Assembly (NCBI GenBank): GCA_963749085.1
Contig: CAVVLG010000002.1
Location: 19,178-83,177, forward strand
Source of the DNA: Candidatus Adlerbacteria bacterium
GTDB taxonomy: Bacteria; Patescibacteriota; Minisyncoccia; Phycocordibacterales; SBAW01
DNA length: 64,000 nucleotides
Reading direction: 5' to 3'
Position 1 is the first letter of the stretch. Each line of letters opens with the position of its first letter. Shown here one piece after another: positions 30,144 to 40,216 of this stretch. The translations under genes were made by a program, and so were the position numbers. The notes under the pieces were generated by a model. The model had not been told where the DNA came from and ran no database searches. It saw only the letters and a list, made by a program, of their open reading frames with translations.

Positions 30144-30920
30144 TTATACCTGTATTTTTGAGAAGAAATAGCTTCCCAAACCTAAAAACAGAACGGTGAA
30201 GCCGGTCAATACCGCCAAGTCAAGCGGCATCCCGTAAATAGAAGGGCTGTTGGTAAGCAAAATGCGCATAGCGTCTATGCCGTAGGAGAGCGGGTCAATG
30301 GCGGCGACTATCCTCAGCGCTTCAGGAACATCGGTAAGAGGAAAGAGGGCACCCGAAAGAAAGAACAGAGGCATCACGAGGAAGTTCATGACCAGCTGAA
30401 AACCCTGCATATCGCGCATGAGCGAGGCGACCATCATGCCGAGTCCCGAGAAGAGCGTGCCGATAAAGAGCATTATCAATATGGTCGGCAACACCAAAAT
30501 CCAGGAAACCGGATGGAAGCCGACAAACAGCGTCAAGATAAGGACGAAGCATCCCTGCACAGAGGCGACCGTGGCGCCGCCAAAGGTGCGACCGAACATA
30601 ATGGCGAGGCGAGGTACAGGGGCCGCAAGGGTTTCTTTAAGAAAACCGAATTGCCTATCCCAAATGACCTGCATCCCGTTGAAAATGGAAGTGAAGATGA
30701 TGCTCATGCCGATGATGCCGGGTCCTAGAATATCGATGTAGTTTCCCTGGCCGGCTTTCGCGAAAATGGAGCTCAGCCCAAAATCAAATGACACGAGAAA
30801 GAGTAGCGGTTGCATGAGCGAGCCTGCGATGCGAGACTTGGAGCGCGAAAAGCGCTTCAACTCTCTCAGCCACATGATATAAGCAGCGTTCATATAATTA
30901 TCGGCGACCACCTGCACCAC
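30144..30920 (-). CDS. ABC-2 type transporter permease
   Basis: Six TM helices with the ABC2_membrane pattern. Overlaps the partner ATPase. Confidence 0.75.
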   Translation of the reverse strand: MVQVVADNYMNAAYIMWLRELKRFSRSKSRIAGSLMQPLLFLVSFDFGLSSIFAKAGQGNYIDILGPGIIGMSIIFTSIFNGMQVIWDRQFGFLKETLAAPVPRLAIMFGRTFGGATVASVQGCFVLILTLFVGFHPVSWILVLPTILIMLFIGTLFSGLGMMVASLMRDMQGFQLVMNFLVMPLFFLSGALFPLTDVPEALRIVAAIDPLSYGIDAMRILLTNSPSIYGMPLDLAVLTGFTVLFLGLGSYFFSKIQV

Positions 30921-31698
30921 GTATCATCCGCATGTGCGAGAGGGAATCAGCTCCTTCCTCCCGGATTTCGCTGCCGGTGAGCTTCAAAAACGCTTCTTCA
31001 AGGGTCTCTGTACCTGTCTGCTTCTTGAGTTCCTCGCCGCTTCCCGTGGCAACTATTTTACCGCGGTCGATGACCGCGATGCGCTGGGCCATCCGGTCGG
31101 CCTCATCCATATAGTGGGTGGTAAAAAACACGGTAATGTCTTCTTCGGCGTTCAACTTCTGCAAGTACTGCCACATGTGATTGCGCGTTTGCGGATCAAG
31201 TCCCAGGGTTGGCTCGTCGAGGAAAATAATCTTGGGGTGATGCAAAAGTCCGCGCGCTATTTCGAGCCGGCGCTTCATGCCGCCGGAAAATTCGCGCACG
31301 TAATTGTCTTTACGATCATAGAGTTCCACGAAGTGAAGAAGTTCATCAATACGCGCGCGACGAATAGTTTTCGGAACGCTATAGAGCACGCCGTGGAATT
31401 CCATGTTCTCCCACGCGGTCAAATCCTCATCAAGCGAAGGATCTTGAAACACGATGCCGAAACTTTTACGTGCGGCATCGGCCTCCTTCGTGGGGTTGTG
31501 CCCGTTGAGCATCAAAGAGCCGCTCGTGGGGGTGAGTAGGGTAGTGAGCATCTTTATAGTCGTTGATTTGCCTGCTCCGTTGGGCCCGAGGAAGGCGAAC
31601 AGCTCACCCTGTTTAACGTCAAAGGAGATATCGTCCACAGCGATAAAATCACCAAACTTTTTAGTCAGATGTTCAACTTCAATAATGTTGTCTGCCAT
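30898..31698 (-). CDS. ABC transporter ATP-binding protein (ABC-2 / DrrA-like)
   Basis: Walker A GPNGAGKST. Signature FSGGMKRRLEIARGL. Walker B IIFLDEPTLGLD. Confidence 0.85.
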   Translation of the reverse strand: MADNIIEVEHLTKKFGDFIAVDDISFDVKQGELFAFLGPNGAGKSTTIKMLTTLLTPTSGSLMLNGHNPTKEADAARKSFGIVFQDPSLDEDLTAWENMEFHGVLYSVPKTIRRARIDELLHFVELYDRKDNYVREFSGGMKRRLEIARGLLHHPKIIFLDEPTLGLDPQTRNHMWQYLQKLNAEEDITVFFTTHYMDEADRMAQRIAVIDRGKIVATGSGEELKKQTGTETLEEAFLKLTGSEIREEGADSLSHMRMIRGAGGRR

Positions 31699-31725
31699 TT
31701 AGATCGATTATACCACAAGGCATTT

Positions 31726-32973
31726 TTACTCGTATCTGAGCGCCTCTATGGGGTTAAGCGACGCGGCGCGCCGGGCCGGGTAGTAGCCAAAGGCGATGCC
31801 TATCGCAGCCGAAACGCCGAAGGCGAGCACTATTGCCTCCCATGAGACGGTGGTTTGCGTTACTCCTGAAATATCCACGCCAAAAGATATGCCTGCGCCC
31901 AAGACAATGCCCGTGATACCGCCGATGACCGTGAGTGCCACCGCCTCAGACAAAAACTGGATGCTGATGTCGCTTTTTTTGGCGCCGATGGCTTTGCGCA
32001 GGCCGATTTCTCGGGTGCGCTCGGTCACGGTTGTGAGCATCATATTCATGATGCCTATGCCGCCGACCAAAAGTGAAATGCCGGCGATAGCACCCAACAG
32101 CAGCGTGAGCGTGGTCGTGATGCTCGACGCGCTCGCCAAAATATCGGCTTGGTTGATAACATTGAAGTCGGCGTTCGCGGGATTGGTGATGTTGTGGCGG
32201 GACAGAAGCAACGTCGTAATGTCATTCTGTACTTGCGTCATGGAGTTTGGATCGGCGGCCTGAACGTCGATGGTCGACATATAACTGTTACCGATGAGGA
32301 ATTGCTGGGCCGTTTGGAGCGGAATGAATATCTCGTTATCCTGACTGCCGAAGCTGGTGCCTCCTTTGGCTACCGTGATGCCTATGACCGTGAAATCGAT
32401 GTTATTGATGCGTATGGTCTGCCCGATAACACCCGCAGGCAAGCCATCGGGCTGTGTGGGGTCGGTGCCGAAGAGATCCTCAACGACGGTGGGTCCCAAG
32501 ACCGCGACTTTTTGCAGCGACGTTCCCATCTCGTCGGTAACGAATTGCCCCTGGTCTATTTGCACGTCTCGTATTTGCGGGTAGTCCTCCGTCGTGCCAT
32601 CCACCGTGACGCGCGTATTGTTGCCACCGGCCGTCACCTGGTAGCTCCCAGTGGCTTCATCGGCGACCGCCACCACATTGCTTACTTGCGAGGCTATGGC
32701 GTCCGAATCGTCTTGGGTGAGGGACTGTGCCGTGCCGCGGCCGGCGGATACTCCCGCGCCGAAGGTGCGCGTGGCACCCGGCAACACCTCAAGCAAGTTG
32801 GAGCCGAGCGACTCCACGCTCGCTGATATGGATGCCGAGGCGCCCTGTCCGACGGACACCAGCGCTATGACGGATGCAATGCCGATGACGATACCCAATA
32901 TGGTAAGTCCGGAGCGTGTCTTGTTCGCCGAGAGCGCCGCGTATGTTTCCTCAAGAGTATCTTTAATAGTCAT
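31726..32973 (-). CDS. MacB-like ABC transporter permease (MacB_PCD periplasmic domain and FtsX four-TM domain)
   Basis: N-terminal TM helix, a large extracytoplasmic domain, and three C-terminal TM helices with ...ERTREIGLRKAIGA.... Confidence 0.8.
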   Translation of the reverse strand: MTIKDTLEETYAALSANKTRSGLTILGIVIGIASVIALVSVGQGASASISASVESLGSNLLEVLPGATRTFGAGVSAGRGTAQSLTQDDSDAIASQVSNVVAVADEATGSYQVTAGGNNTRVTVDGTTEDYPQIRDVQIDQGQFVTDEMGTSLQKVAVLGPTVVEDLFGTDPTQPDGLPAGVIGQTIRINNIDFTVIGITVAKGGTSFGSQDNEIFIPLQTAQQFLIGNSYMSTIDVQAADPNSMTQVQNDITTLLLSRHNITNPANADFNVINQADILASASSITTTLTLLLGAIAGISLLVGGIGIMNMMLTTVTERTREIGLRKAIGAKKSDISIQFLSEAVALTVIGGITGIVLGAGISFGVDISGVTQTTVSWEAIVLAFGVSAAIGIAFGYYPARRAASLNPIEALRYE

Positions 32974-33692
32974 GATGTTTGCGGCTCATGGATTACTCGG
33001 GCCGCTCGCTGGTGGTGTTTTTTATCCGACGTAATGAGACCGTCGCGTAGCGTGATAATGCGCTCGGCATGCTCGGCGATGTCCGGCTCGTGGGTGATGA
33101 GCACTATCGTGCGGCCGTGCTCTTTGTTTAACTTCTGAAAGGTTTCCAACACTATCTCGCCGGTTTTGGTGTCAAGATTGCCGGTGGGTTCATCGGCCAA
33201 AATAAGTGACGGATCATTGACGAGTGCGCGGGCAATGGCGACGCGCTGAATTTGTCCGCCGGAGAGCTCGTTGCTTTTGTGCATAAAATGTGTCTCGGTC
33301 AGTCCCGAGGCGTAGAGAGCTTCTTTTGCGCGCTTCTCGCGCTCCTCCTCGCCGACCCCTGCATATATGAGGGGGAGCATGACGTTGCGCAACACCGTGG
33401 TGCGTGGCAGCAGGTTGAACGACTGGAAAACGAACCCTATCTTGTCCTTGCGGATCTCGGCCAGTTCTTCGTCGGAGAGTTTAGACACATCTTTTCCGTC
33501 AAGATGATAGGAGCCGGAGGTGGGAGTATCGAGACAGCCAAGAATATGCATCATCGTTGATTTGCCGGAACCGGACGGCCCCATGATGGCTACGAACTCT
33601 CCATCGTTTATGCTGAATGAGACCCCTCTGAGCGCTTGAAACGCCGTGTCTCCGACGCCGTATGTTTTAGTAATGTTTTTTACTTCGATCAT
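32970..33692 (-). CDS. MacB/LolD-type ABC transporter ATP-binding protein
   Basis: [23 protein letters not shown]...[15 protein letters not shown]...[11 protein letters not shown]. Confidence 0.85.
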   Translation of the reverse strand: MIEVKNITKTYGVGDTAFQALRGVSFSINDGEFVAIMGPSGSGKSTMMHILGCLDTPTSGSYHLDGKDVSKLSDEELAEIRKDKIGFVFQSFNLLPRTTVLRNVMLPLIYAGVGEEEREKRAKEALYASGLTETHFMHKSNELSGGQIQRVAIARALVNDPSLILADEPTGNLDTKTGEIVLETFQKLNKEHGRTIVLITHEPDIAEHAERIITLRDGLITSDKKHHQRAARVIHEPQTS

Positions 33693-33767
33693 GCAGGTTT
33701 CGTGAAAACTTCTCTGATAAAAGCCCTCGGCTTCCAGTTATGTCCATGCGAAAGTGTGGCCGCCCTT

Positions 33768-35558
33768 TTATATCCGTATAGCGGCCCCTCCGCCGAACCC
33801 TCCCGCTCCGCCCGTGGTGCGCGCTCCAGCAGCTCCTACTCCGGTGGTTGCGGCCGCAACTGGAGTAGAACCACTCTCAGTGCGCGTAACGATTTGTTCT
33901 CCGAGCGTGAGACCCGAAAGTATTTGGGTATTCGTGTCGTCAGTAATACCCACGGTAACCGGGATATCCTGAGGCGCCGTCTTTGATACTACTCCTGTCG
34001 CACCCGCCGCTGCTATGGTTGAGCTCGCTATAGGAGGGATGAATGCCTGCACGTAGTTTGTAGTGCCTTGTGTCTTTATAGCTCCCGCAGGGACTTCAAG
34101 GATATTTTGATCCACCGCCGTCTCTATGGTGGCATTCACCGACATGCCGGCCTTAACCTGCGGATTCTGGGTGTCGAAGGAGACTTCCACGTTATACGTA
34201 ACGACCCCTGAGGTGACGGTTCCCGCCGGACTTATTTGAGCCACCGTTCCGGTCATCGTGAGGTTGGGGAGAGCGTCGAAGGTAAGGGTTGCTTTCTGTC
34301 CCAATTGGAGTTTTGCCGCATCGACTTCGTTGACCGAAAGATTGGCGTACTGAGTATTAGTCTGCAGCGTGGCGAGCGTAGTGCCGCTTCCGGCCTGGTC
34401 ATATGCAGCAACCGGGACCGACGCTATGGTGCCGGCGAACGGCGCATAGACCCAGTATTCGGCGAGCGTGGTCTGAGCCTCCGAAAGCGCCTCCTGCGCC
34501 TTGGTGACGCTGAGTTGGTCGCCTTGTATCTGGAGAGGGTCGGCGCCTGCCTGCGTCTGCGCAAGCGTTTGCTCGGCCGTCGTTATATTCTGCTGATCGC
34601 TCTGCAAACTGTTGGTGTCATTCAGCAGTGCAGTGAGGTGCGTTTGCGTCTCGCTCAAATAGGTATCGAGGCTCGCGAGCTGCGTTGCAGCAACCGCCTT
34701 TGGTGTCGCTCCGTTTTGAGTAAGTTCGTTGGTGTAAAACTGTATCAGGTCATTGGCGCTTTTTACTGCGGTCGCAATGGCGCCAGTCGTCTGGTACGTC
34801 TCGCTGAGGAGCTGCGTTATGGTTGCCCGATCGGGGCTCGAGGTTGCGGCTTCGAAATCAGAGAACGTTTGATTGTAGGACTCGAGCGCGGTTTCGTAAC
34901 TATTGTACGCATCGTCACGGTAGGATTCTGCCGCCGTGCTGTATTGTGCAGCTTGTGCTTCGTAGTAATCCATATTCCATTGTGAAGATCCTCCGGCAGC
35001 ACTCCCTAGGTCGATAGTTTGCAAGCCCGACATAATACTCGGCAAATCGACGAAAGTAGTGGTGACGTCGTTGAAGGAGGTTTGATAGAGCGTGGTGAGT
35101 GACTGCTCCGATTGCGTGATATTGTCCTGCTGCTGCGTCAGCGTGAGGGTGGTTGGCGGCTCCTGAAGTTCCGCAAGCGAGAGCTGTGCGCTCTCCAAAT
35201 CCTCCTTCGCACTCTCAACCGCCTCCTGCTGGGTCGTTGGATCTATTTCGGCGATAAGTTGACCAGCCTGCACCTGCTCGCCTGGTGTCACGTTAACAGA
35301 AAGTATCTCCCCGGAGACCTGAGGGGTGATAGAGAGGGTGTCGTTAGCCGCCACTTGTCCGCTCTCGCCGACCGAAGCGACTATCGTCCCCTGAGTTACG
35401 GTGCCGAGCACGTAGCTCGTCTCGCCGCTGGTGTTAGTCACTGTGCCATAGGCCCACCAGGCTACTCCCAAGATAACGACCAGGACAATCGCACTGATAA
35501 TCTTGTGTGCAATGACATATTTTTCAAGCCATTGGTACCAATTGTAAATGGTGCTCAT
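33768..35558 (-). CDS. Membrane-fusion (HlyD/MacA-type) periplasmic adaptor protein with an extended coiled coil
   Basis: N-terminal TM helix. A biotin-lipoyl-like hairpin with very long coiled-coil arms. A C-terminal beta-barrel ending in a Gly-rich tail. Confidence 0.75.
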   Translation of the reverse strand: MSTIYNWYQWLEKYVIAHKIISAIVLVVILGVAWWAYGTVTNTSGETSYVLGTVTQGTIVASVGESGQVAANDTLSITPQVSGEILSVNVTPGEQVQAGQLIAEIDPTTQQEAVESAKEDLESAQLSLAELQEPPTTLTLTQQQDNITQSEQSLTTLYQTSFNDVTTTFVDLPSIMSGLQTIDLGSAAGGSSQWNMDYYEAQAAQYSTAAESYRDDAYNSYETALESYNQTFSDFEAATSSPDRATITQLLSETYQTTGAIATAVKSANDLIQFYTNELTQNGATPKAVAATQLASLDTYLSETQTHLTALLNDTNSLQSDQQNITTAEQTLAQTQAGADPLQIQGDQLSVTKAQEALSEAQTTLAEYWVYAPFAGTIASVPVAAYDQAGSGTTLATLQTNTQYANLSVNEVDAAKLQLGQKATLTFDALPNLTMTGTVAQISPAGTVTSGVVTYNVEVSFDTQNPQVKAGMSVNATIETAVDQNILEVPAGAIKTQGTTNYVQAFIPPIASSTIAAAGATGVVSKTAPQDIPVTVGITDDTNTQILSGLTLGEQIVTRTESGSTPVAAATTGVGAAGARTTGGAGGFGGGAAIRI

Positions 35559-35584
35559 AGGTAGAGGTTAATAAAAATAATTTT

Positions 35585-36019
35585 TTACTGAACTACGTGA
35601 ATGAAGCCCGCATCCATATCCCCGTCATTGTCGGTATCATTGGGATCTCCGATTACAATGATCGTTTCTCCAACCTTGAGGCTCGATACATTAACGGTAC
35701 TGGTGCCTTCCCGCACAGGGGTAGTGGTTCCGACATAGACTGATACCTGTGTACCATCGCGCGTTTGAAGCACCAGCTCTGGAAGGGCAATACTTTCTAT
35801 GGTTCCCACCGCGCCATGTCCTGGCATGCCTCCCTCGGGAGAGAAGGGAAGTCCAAAAGGACCTTCAGGGGAACCTCTGCTTTCGAGTCCATGGAAGCGG
35901 AGGGCATCATGGTAGCCTACGATCGTTCCGGCTCGGAAGATAAGGAGTGCTAAGATTACTGCGAACAGCCCCCATAAAATCAACTTGAGGTTTTTAGTGA
36001 ACCAGTGATCTTCAGACAT
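35585..36019 (-). CDS. Hypothetical membrane-anchored protein
   Basis: MSEDHWFTKNLKLILWGLFAVILALLIF... is a signal anchor, followed by a beta-rich domain with an acidic tail. Confidence 0.4.
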   Translation of the reverse strand: MSEDHWFTKNLKLILWGLFAVILALLIFRAGTIVGYHDALRFHGLESRGSPEGPFGLPFSPEGGMPGHGAVGTIESIALPELVLQTRDGTQVSVYVGTTTPVREGTSTVNVSSLKVGETIIVIGDPNDTDNDGDMDAGFIHVVQ

Positions 36020-36404
36020 AATTAAATTTGTACGTTTGCACCGCCCGGCGAAGTGACCACACAAGCGCAAACACTATCGCTATGAGAAGCAGCGTCGCAA
36101 TGGCAGGGAGTGACTCGGCGAGCGACAACGCGAACTCCCGTGGGTATGCCATGACGTAGGAGCCGTCCGAGAAAAGAAGCGAGAAGTAATCATAAAAACC
36201 CGAGGCATAAAACTGCCCGAGCGCGTATTGAGTCGCCGGGACCAGTGCCACGCCCGAGAGAAGCGCCACAACCCCAAAGAGCCCCAGGCGAAAGGCAGCG
36301 CTGCGGCGCTCAAGCTCCTGTATGCGGGCGTGAATAGCACCATAGAGCCGCGCCGGCGGGTCTACTTCTTTAAGCAAGGCAGCCAATGAATACAGCCTTT
36401 TCAT
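36012..36404 (-). CDS. Putative anti-sigma factor (small membrane protein immediately downstream of the ECF sigma gene)
   Basis: Position and the two TM helices only; no motif-level identification. Confidence 0.35.
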   Translation of the reverse strand: MKRLYSLAALLKEVDPPARLYGAIHARIQELERRSAAFRLGLFGVVALLSGVALVPATQYALGQFYASGFYDYFSLLFSDGSYVMAYPREFALSLAESLPAIATLLLIAIVFALVWSLRRAVQTYKFNYV

Positions 36405-36407
36405 ACA

Positions 36408-36983
36408 CTATAGTATACGCCCTCTATCCTTATTTAGGTGCTTCCGTAAGACCAGGAGGGCGCGGCGGTGGCGGCTCTTGACGGTGTTGGCGGGCTCCCC
36501 CAGCAGCTGGCCTATTTCCTCGAAAGTGAGCTCGTTGGTGTAGTAGAGAATAAAGAGGTCGCGGTGCCGCGGCGGGAGCATCTCCAGCGCCCGTGCAAGC
36601 GCCGCGCTGCTCTCTTCTTTTGCGAAAAGCTCCTCGGGGAGCGCCCCGGTGTCCGGCACGGTTTCGGCGAGCACGTTCTCTCCTTCATGCTCGAACTGCG
36701 AGAGAGGCACATGCTTTTTTTTGCGCAAAAAATCGATTGAGGCATTGCGGGCGATACGCAAAATCCACGTCTTGAAAGAACTTTTTTGAGGGGCGTAATG
36801 GGAAAGATTGCTCCACGCCTTGACGAACGTTTCCTGCGCGATATCCTCCGCCTCCTCTTTGCTCCCGAGAAATCGAAGCGCGAAAGAATAGACGCCTTTT
36901 AGGTGTCGTGCGGTGAGTTCGTCGAATGCACCTCTCTCTCCCGCGAGGTACTCCGCGATGAGTTCTTCATCACTCTTGTCCAT
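36408..36983 (-). CDS. RNA polymerase sigma-70 factor, ECF subfamily
   Basis: Sigma70_r2 region DIAQETFVKAW. Sigma70_r4 region LPPRHRDLFILYYTNELTFEEIGQLLGEPANTVKSRHRRAL. Confidence 0.85.
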   Translation of the reverse strand: MDKSDEELIAEYLAGERGAFDELTARHLKGVYSFALRFLGSKEEAEDIAQETFVKAWSNLSHYAPQKSSFKTWILRIARNASIDFLRKKKHVPLSQFEHEGENVLAETVPDTGALPEELFAKEESSAALARALEMLPPRHRDLFILYYTNELTFEEIGQLLGEPANTVKSRHRRALLVLRKHLNKDRGRIL

Positions 36984-37017
36984 ACAGAGGGCTATTGTAT
37001 ACTTTTATTGAGGAAAT

Positions 37018-37290
37018 ATGAAAACACTTCTTTTTATTATCGTTATTGTCATCATTGCCCTCGGCGCGTATTTTTATTTAAACCAACCCGTGGTACAAGC
37101 GCCCACTCAAAGCACCTCGTCGCACGCGCAATCTCCCGCTTCTACTTCAACAGCCATTCCTCCTAACGTGGGCGCAACCGAAATCTCCAACCCGAACGCG
37201 CCCCCAGGCACTCCGGCGGAATGTGCAAAATGCGACGAGTATCAGGGCGTCCAAAAAGCTGAATGTCTGGTCGCGCTCAACTGTCAGTAG
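37018..37290 (+). CDS. Small secreted Cys-containing protein
   Basis: Signal anchor MKTLLFIIVIVIIALGAYF. Four Cys near the C-terminus: CAKCDEY...CLVALNC. Confidence 0.4.
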   Translation: MKTLLFIIVIVIIALGAYFYLNQPVVQAPTQSTSSHAQSPASTSTAIPPNVGATEISNPNAPPGTPAECAKCDEYQGVQKAECLVALNCQ

Positions 37291-37311
37291 ATAAAAGCGT
37301 ATACTGGCGGC

Positions 37312-38469
37312 ATGGAACCGCTGGCGTCAAAAATTAGACCTCAACGTCTCGACGACTTCGTCGGACAAGAACACTTGGTGGGGAAGGGCAAGCCCTTGCG
37401 CGAGGCTGTGGAACACAAACATCTGTTCTCCTTCATTCTGTGGGGTCCGCCGGGATCGGGAAAAACGACGCTCGCCCGGATATATGCCAACGCGCTCGAT
37501 GCCGATTTTTATGAGCTTTCGGCGGTCGACTCTGGCAAAGAGGACATCAAAAAAATCTTGGGTAGCAAACGCGGCAAACCGACCTTGGGATTTGATAAAC
37601 CGAAAGTGTTATTCATAGACGAGATACACCGCTTCAATAAAGCGCAGCAGGATTTTCTCCTGCCGTATGTGGAGCGCGGCGATTTGACGCTCATTGGTGC
37701 CACGACCGAAAACCCAAGCTTTGAGGTAATTGGTGCCCTTTTGTCGCGTTGCCGTGTGTTTGTGCTCAATGAATTGAGTGAGAAGAATATGGGAGACATC
37801 ATTGAACGTGCAGCAAAAGAATTAAAGACAAAAATTTCTAAGGACGCTAAAAGCTGGCTTATAGGCATGGCGCAGGGCGATGCGCGACAAGCCATTACGA
37901 TGATGGAGAACGCTCAAAAATTGTACGGTACGCTTGCGCTGGAGTCTCTTAAGGAAACCATACAATCTACACATTTACGTTACGACAAAAAGGGCGAGGA
38001 GCACTACAATACTATTTCGGCATTCATTAAATCTATGCGCGCCAGTCAGCCTGACGCTGCCCTGTATTACCTGGCCCGCATGGTTGACGCAGGAGAGGAT
38101 CCGCTTTTTATTGCGCGGCGGATGGTGGTATTTGCGAGCGAAGATGTCGGGCTTGCAGTGCCGACGGCGCTGGTGGTGGCCAATGCGGTTTTTCGAGCCT
38201 GTGAGACGATAGGGTATCCCGAATGTGCAATTAATCTGGCACAAGGCGTCACCTATCTCTCTGAGTGCAAAAAATCACGTAAATCCTACGACGCCTATTT
38301 TGAAGCGGTGGATGACGTCAAAAAATTTGGCAACTTGCCGATACCGATGAAGGTGCGCAACGCGTCGACCACATTGATGAAGGAACTCGGCTACCACAAA
38401 GGATATAAGTTGTACGATAAGGAACCCTATTTGCCGGAGAAGTTAAAGAATAAAAAATATTTAAAATAA
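37312..38469 (+). CDS. rarA: Replication-associated recombination protein A (RarA/MgsA AAA+ ATPase)
   Basis: [26 protein letters not shown]...[18 protein letters not shown]...[14 protein letters not shown]. Confidence 0.85.
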   Translation: MEPLASKIRPQRLDDFVGQEHLVGKGKPLREAVEHKHLFSFILWGPPGSGKTTLARIYANALDADFYELSAVDSGKEDIKKILGSKRGKPTLGFDKPKVLFIDEIHRFNKAQQDFLLPYVERGDLTLIGATTENPSFEVIGALLSRCRVFVLNELSEKNMGDIIERAAKELKTKISKDAKSWLIGMAQGDARQAITMMENAQKLYGTLALESLKETIQSTHLRYDKKGEEHYNTISAFIKSMRASQPDAALYYLARMVDAGEDPLFIARRMVVFASEDVGLAVPTALVVANAVFRACETIGYPECAINLAQGVTYLSECKKSRKSYDAYFEAVDDVKKFGNLPIPMKVRNASTTLMKELGYHKGYKLYDKEPYLPEKLKNKKYLK

Positions 38470-38495
38470 AAAAGCGGCATAGCGTGCCGCTTTTC
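38466..38495. terminator. Bidirectional intrinsic terminator between rarA and the downstream minus-strand ORF
   Basis: A-run, then AGCGGCATAGCGTGCCGCT hairpin, then TTTT. Confidence 0.55.
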
Positions 38496-38518
38496 GCGGG
38501 TACCAAACCTCCCACGCA

Positions 38519-38773
38519 TCATGCCGTTTTTTTCTTGGGTTCAGATTTGTCGAAAAGCCTATAAGCCCGCTCAATAGTGACGGTCGTTAACGTTGAGACG
38601 AGGTGGATTGTATTGTTCAGCTCGGGCCCGTGTTTTTTAACGGCGTCGTCCAGCTCATCCTTTGTCCTCACCGCTATGACTTCACTGGTAGCGTGTTTTT
38701 CTCTGAAGTCCCTTTCTTGCTGCGGACCATGGGTTGGGTCTGTCACTATAGCAACCATTTTTTTCGCGCTCAT
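38519..38773 (-). CDS. Hypothetical small protein
   Basis: ORF only. Confidence 0.3.
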   Translation of the reverse strand: MSAKKMVAIVTDPTHGPQQERDFREKHATSEVIAVRTKDELDDAVKKHGPELNNTIHLVSTLTTVTIERAYRLFDKSEPKKKTA

Positions 38774-38820
38774 CGAGTACTCCTGTACTACAGAAAGGTT
38801 CTGAGGAGTATACTAGCACA

Positions 38821-39354
38821 ATGGATGAGCTGGAAACCATAGTATTTGGTGGTGGGTGTTTTTGGTGCACCGAGGCGGTATTTACCATACTCAAGGGTGT
38901 CAAAAGTGTTGAACCCGGCTATGCCGGAGGCCATACAAAGAATCCAACGTATGAAGAGGTTTCCGCGGGAGACACCGGTCACATCGAAGTTATTAAAATA
39001 GAATTTTATCCTGACCAAATTGCGCCTGAGGAGCTATTCCAAGTATTTTTTGCCACGCATGATCCAACCACGCCGAACCGGCAGGGCAATGACGTGGGAC
39101 CACAGTACCATTCGGCAATCTTCTATACTACTGAGAGTCAAAAGAAAAAAGCCGAACACTACATCATGATGCTCCAAAAAACTATTCCCCATAGGACCAT
39201 TATCACAACGGTGGCGCCGCTTGATGTGTTTTACAAGGCCGAGGATTATCATCAAAAATATTACGAAAATCATCGCGGCGCAGGCTACTGTCAGGTCGTT
39301 ATTGATCCGAAGGTCGAGAAAGTGCGGGAGAAGTTTTCGAAGTTGCTCAAATGA
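38821..39354 (+). CDS. msrA: Peptide-methionine (S)-S-oxide reductase MsrA
   Basis: IVFGGGCFWCTEAVF...GYAGG...YEEV..G.TGHIEVIKIEFYP...HDPTTPNRQGND.G.QY are the MsrA catalytic motifs. Confidence 0.9.
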   Translation: MDELETIVFGGGCFWCTEAVFTILKGVKSVEPGYAGGHTKNPTYEEVSAGDTGHIEVIKIEFYPDQIAPEELFQVFFATHDPTTPNRQGNDVGPQYHSAIFYTTESQKKKAEHYIMMLQKTIPHRTIITTVAPLDVFYKAEDYHQKYYENHRGAGYCQVVIDPKVEKVREKFSKLLK

Positions 39355-39770
39355 CTCGTGAGGAATTCGAGCGGCTGGTTGAAGAAGAGTTTCCGAACGC
39401 GATACCGGAACAGTTCCGCAAAAAGATAAAAAACGTCGCGTTTTTGATTGAAGAGCAACCTTCCCCTCAGTTGAGGAGGCAGGAGCGTCTGAGTCTCCAT
39501 GAGACGCTTCTCGGTTTTTACCATGGGGTGCCCGCGACCGCGCGCGGCGACAGCTACGGGCTCGGCGCCACCCTGCCAGACACTATCACGTTATTTCAAT
39601 TGCCCATTGAGGAGGAAGCCCATTTCCTCATGCGCCGGAGCGGTGCTCCATGGGAAGAGAGTGTTCGCCGCGTGATTCGCGACACCATGTGGCACGAAGT
39701 CGCGCATCATTTCGGCTTCGATGAGAAGCAAGTACGCCAAAAAGAGGTGCAGCGCAGAAACGCGAAATAA
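39351..39770 (+). CDS. Zincin-like metallopeptidase family protein (HExxH)
   Basis: HEVAHHFG at the C-terminus. The small acidic protein architecture resembles the Zincin_1 family. Confidence 0.5.
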   Translation: MTREEFERLVEEEFPNAIPEQFRKKIKNVAFLIEEQPSPQLRRQERLSLHETLLGFYHGVPATARGDSYGLGATLPDTITLFQLPIEEEAHFLMRRSGAPWEESVRRVIRDTMWHEVAHHFGFDEKQVRQKEVQRRNAK

Positions 39771-39784
39771 TATATAGTTTATCT

Positions 39785-40216
39785 ATGGAAAACAAAGTCT
39801 ATTTGCCCCCCTTTTATCTTATTGCGGCTACTTTTATTGGTCTCGGGGATACGCTCTATCTAGCGTACTATCACCTGCTCGGCATCATCCCGACGTGTGC
39901 GATAGGGGGTTGCGAGACGGTGCTTTCAAGCCCCTATGCTACGCCTTTTGGGGTACCGTTCGCCTACATCGGACTGGTCTATTACCTATATATGCTCGCG
40001 ATTGGCATACTGCTTGTGATGGATCCTCGCTCGTATGGTCTTCGCTTCGGCGCGCTCGCGTATACCACGATAGGACTGCTATGCTCAATAGGCTTTGAGA
40101 TCTTTCAATATTTCGTCATTGGGGCGCTGTGCATGTACTGCGCCATCTCAGCACTCACCACGCTGCTACTTTTCATTCTCGCGCTGTGGCATTGGCGAGC
40201 CACTCGCTCTCGTTAA
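39785..40216 (+). CDS. Vitamin K epoxide reductase (VKOR) family protein
   Basis: Four TM helices with a CAIGGCE loop Cys pair and a CMYC active-site CxxC in the last helix. Confidence 0.7.
   Translation: MENKVYLPPFYLIAATFIGLGDTLYLAYYHLLGIIPTCAIGGCETVLSSPYATPFGVPFAYIGLVYYLYMLAIGILLVMDPRSYGLRFGALAYTTIGLLCSIGFEIFQYFVIGALCMYCAISALTTLLLFILALWHWRATRSR

Noticed and set aside
34236-34985. 249-aa plus-strand ORF inside the membrane-fusion protein gene
   Set aside because: Antisense to a long, coherent coiled-coil adaptor gene. Its Arg/Leu/Gly-rich composition reflects the complement of Ala/Gln/Thr codons.
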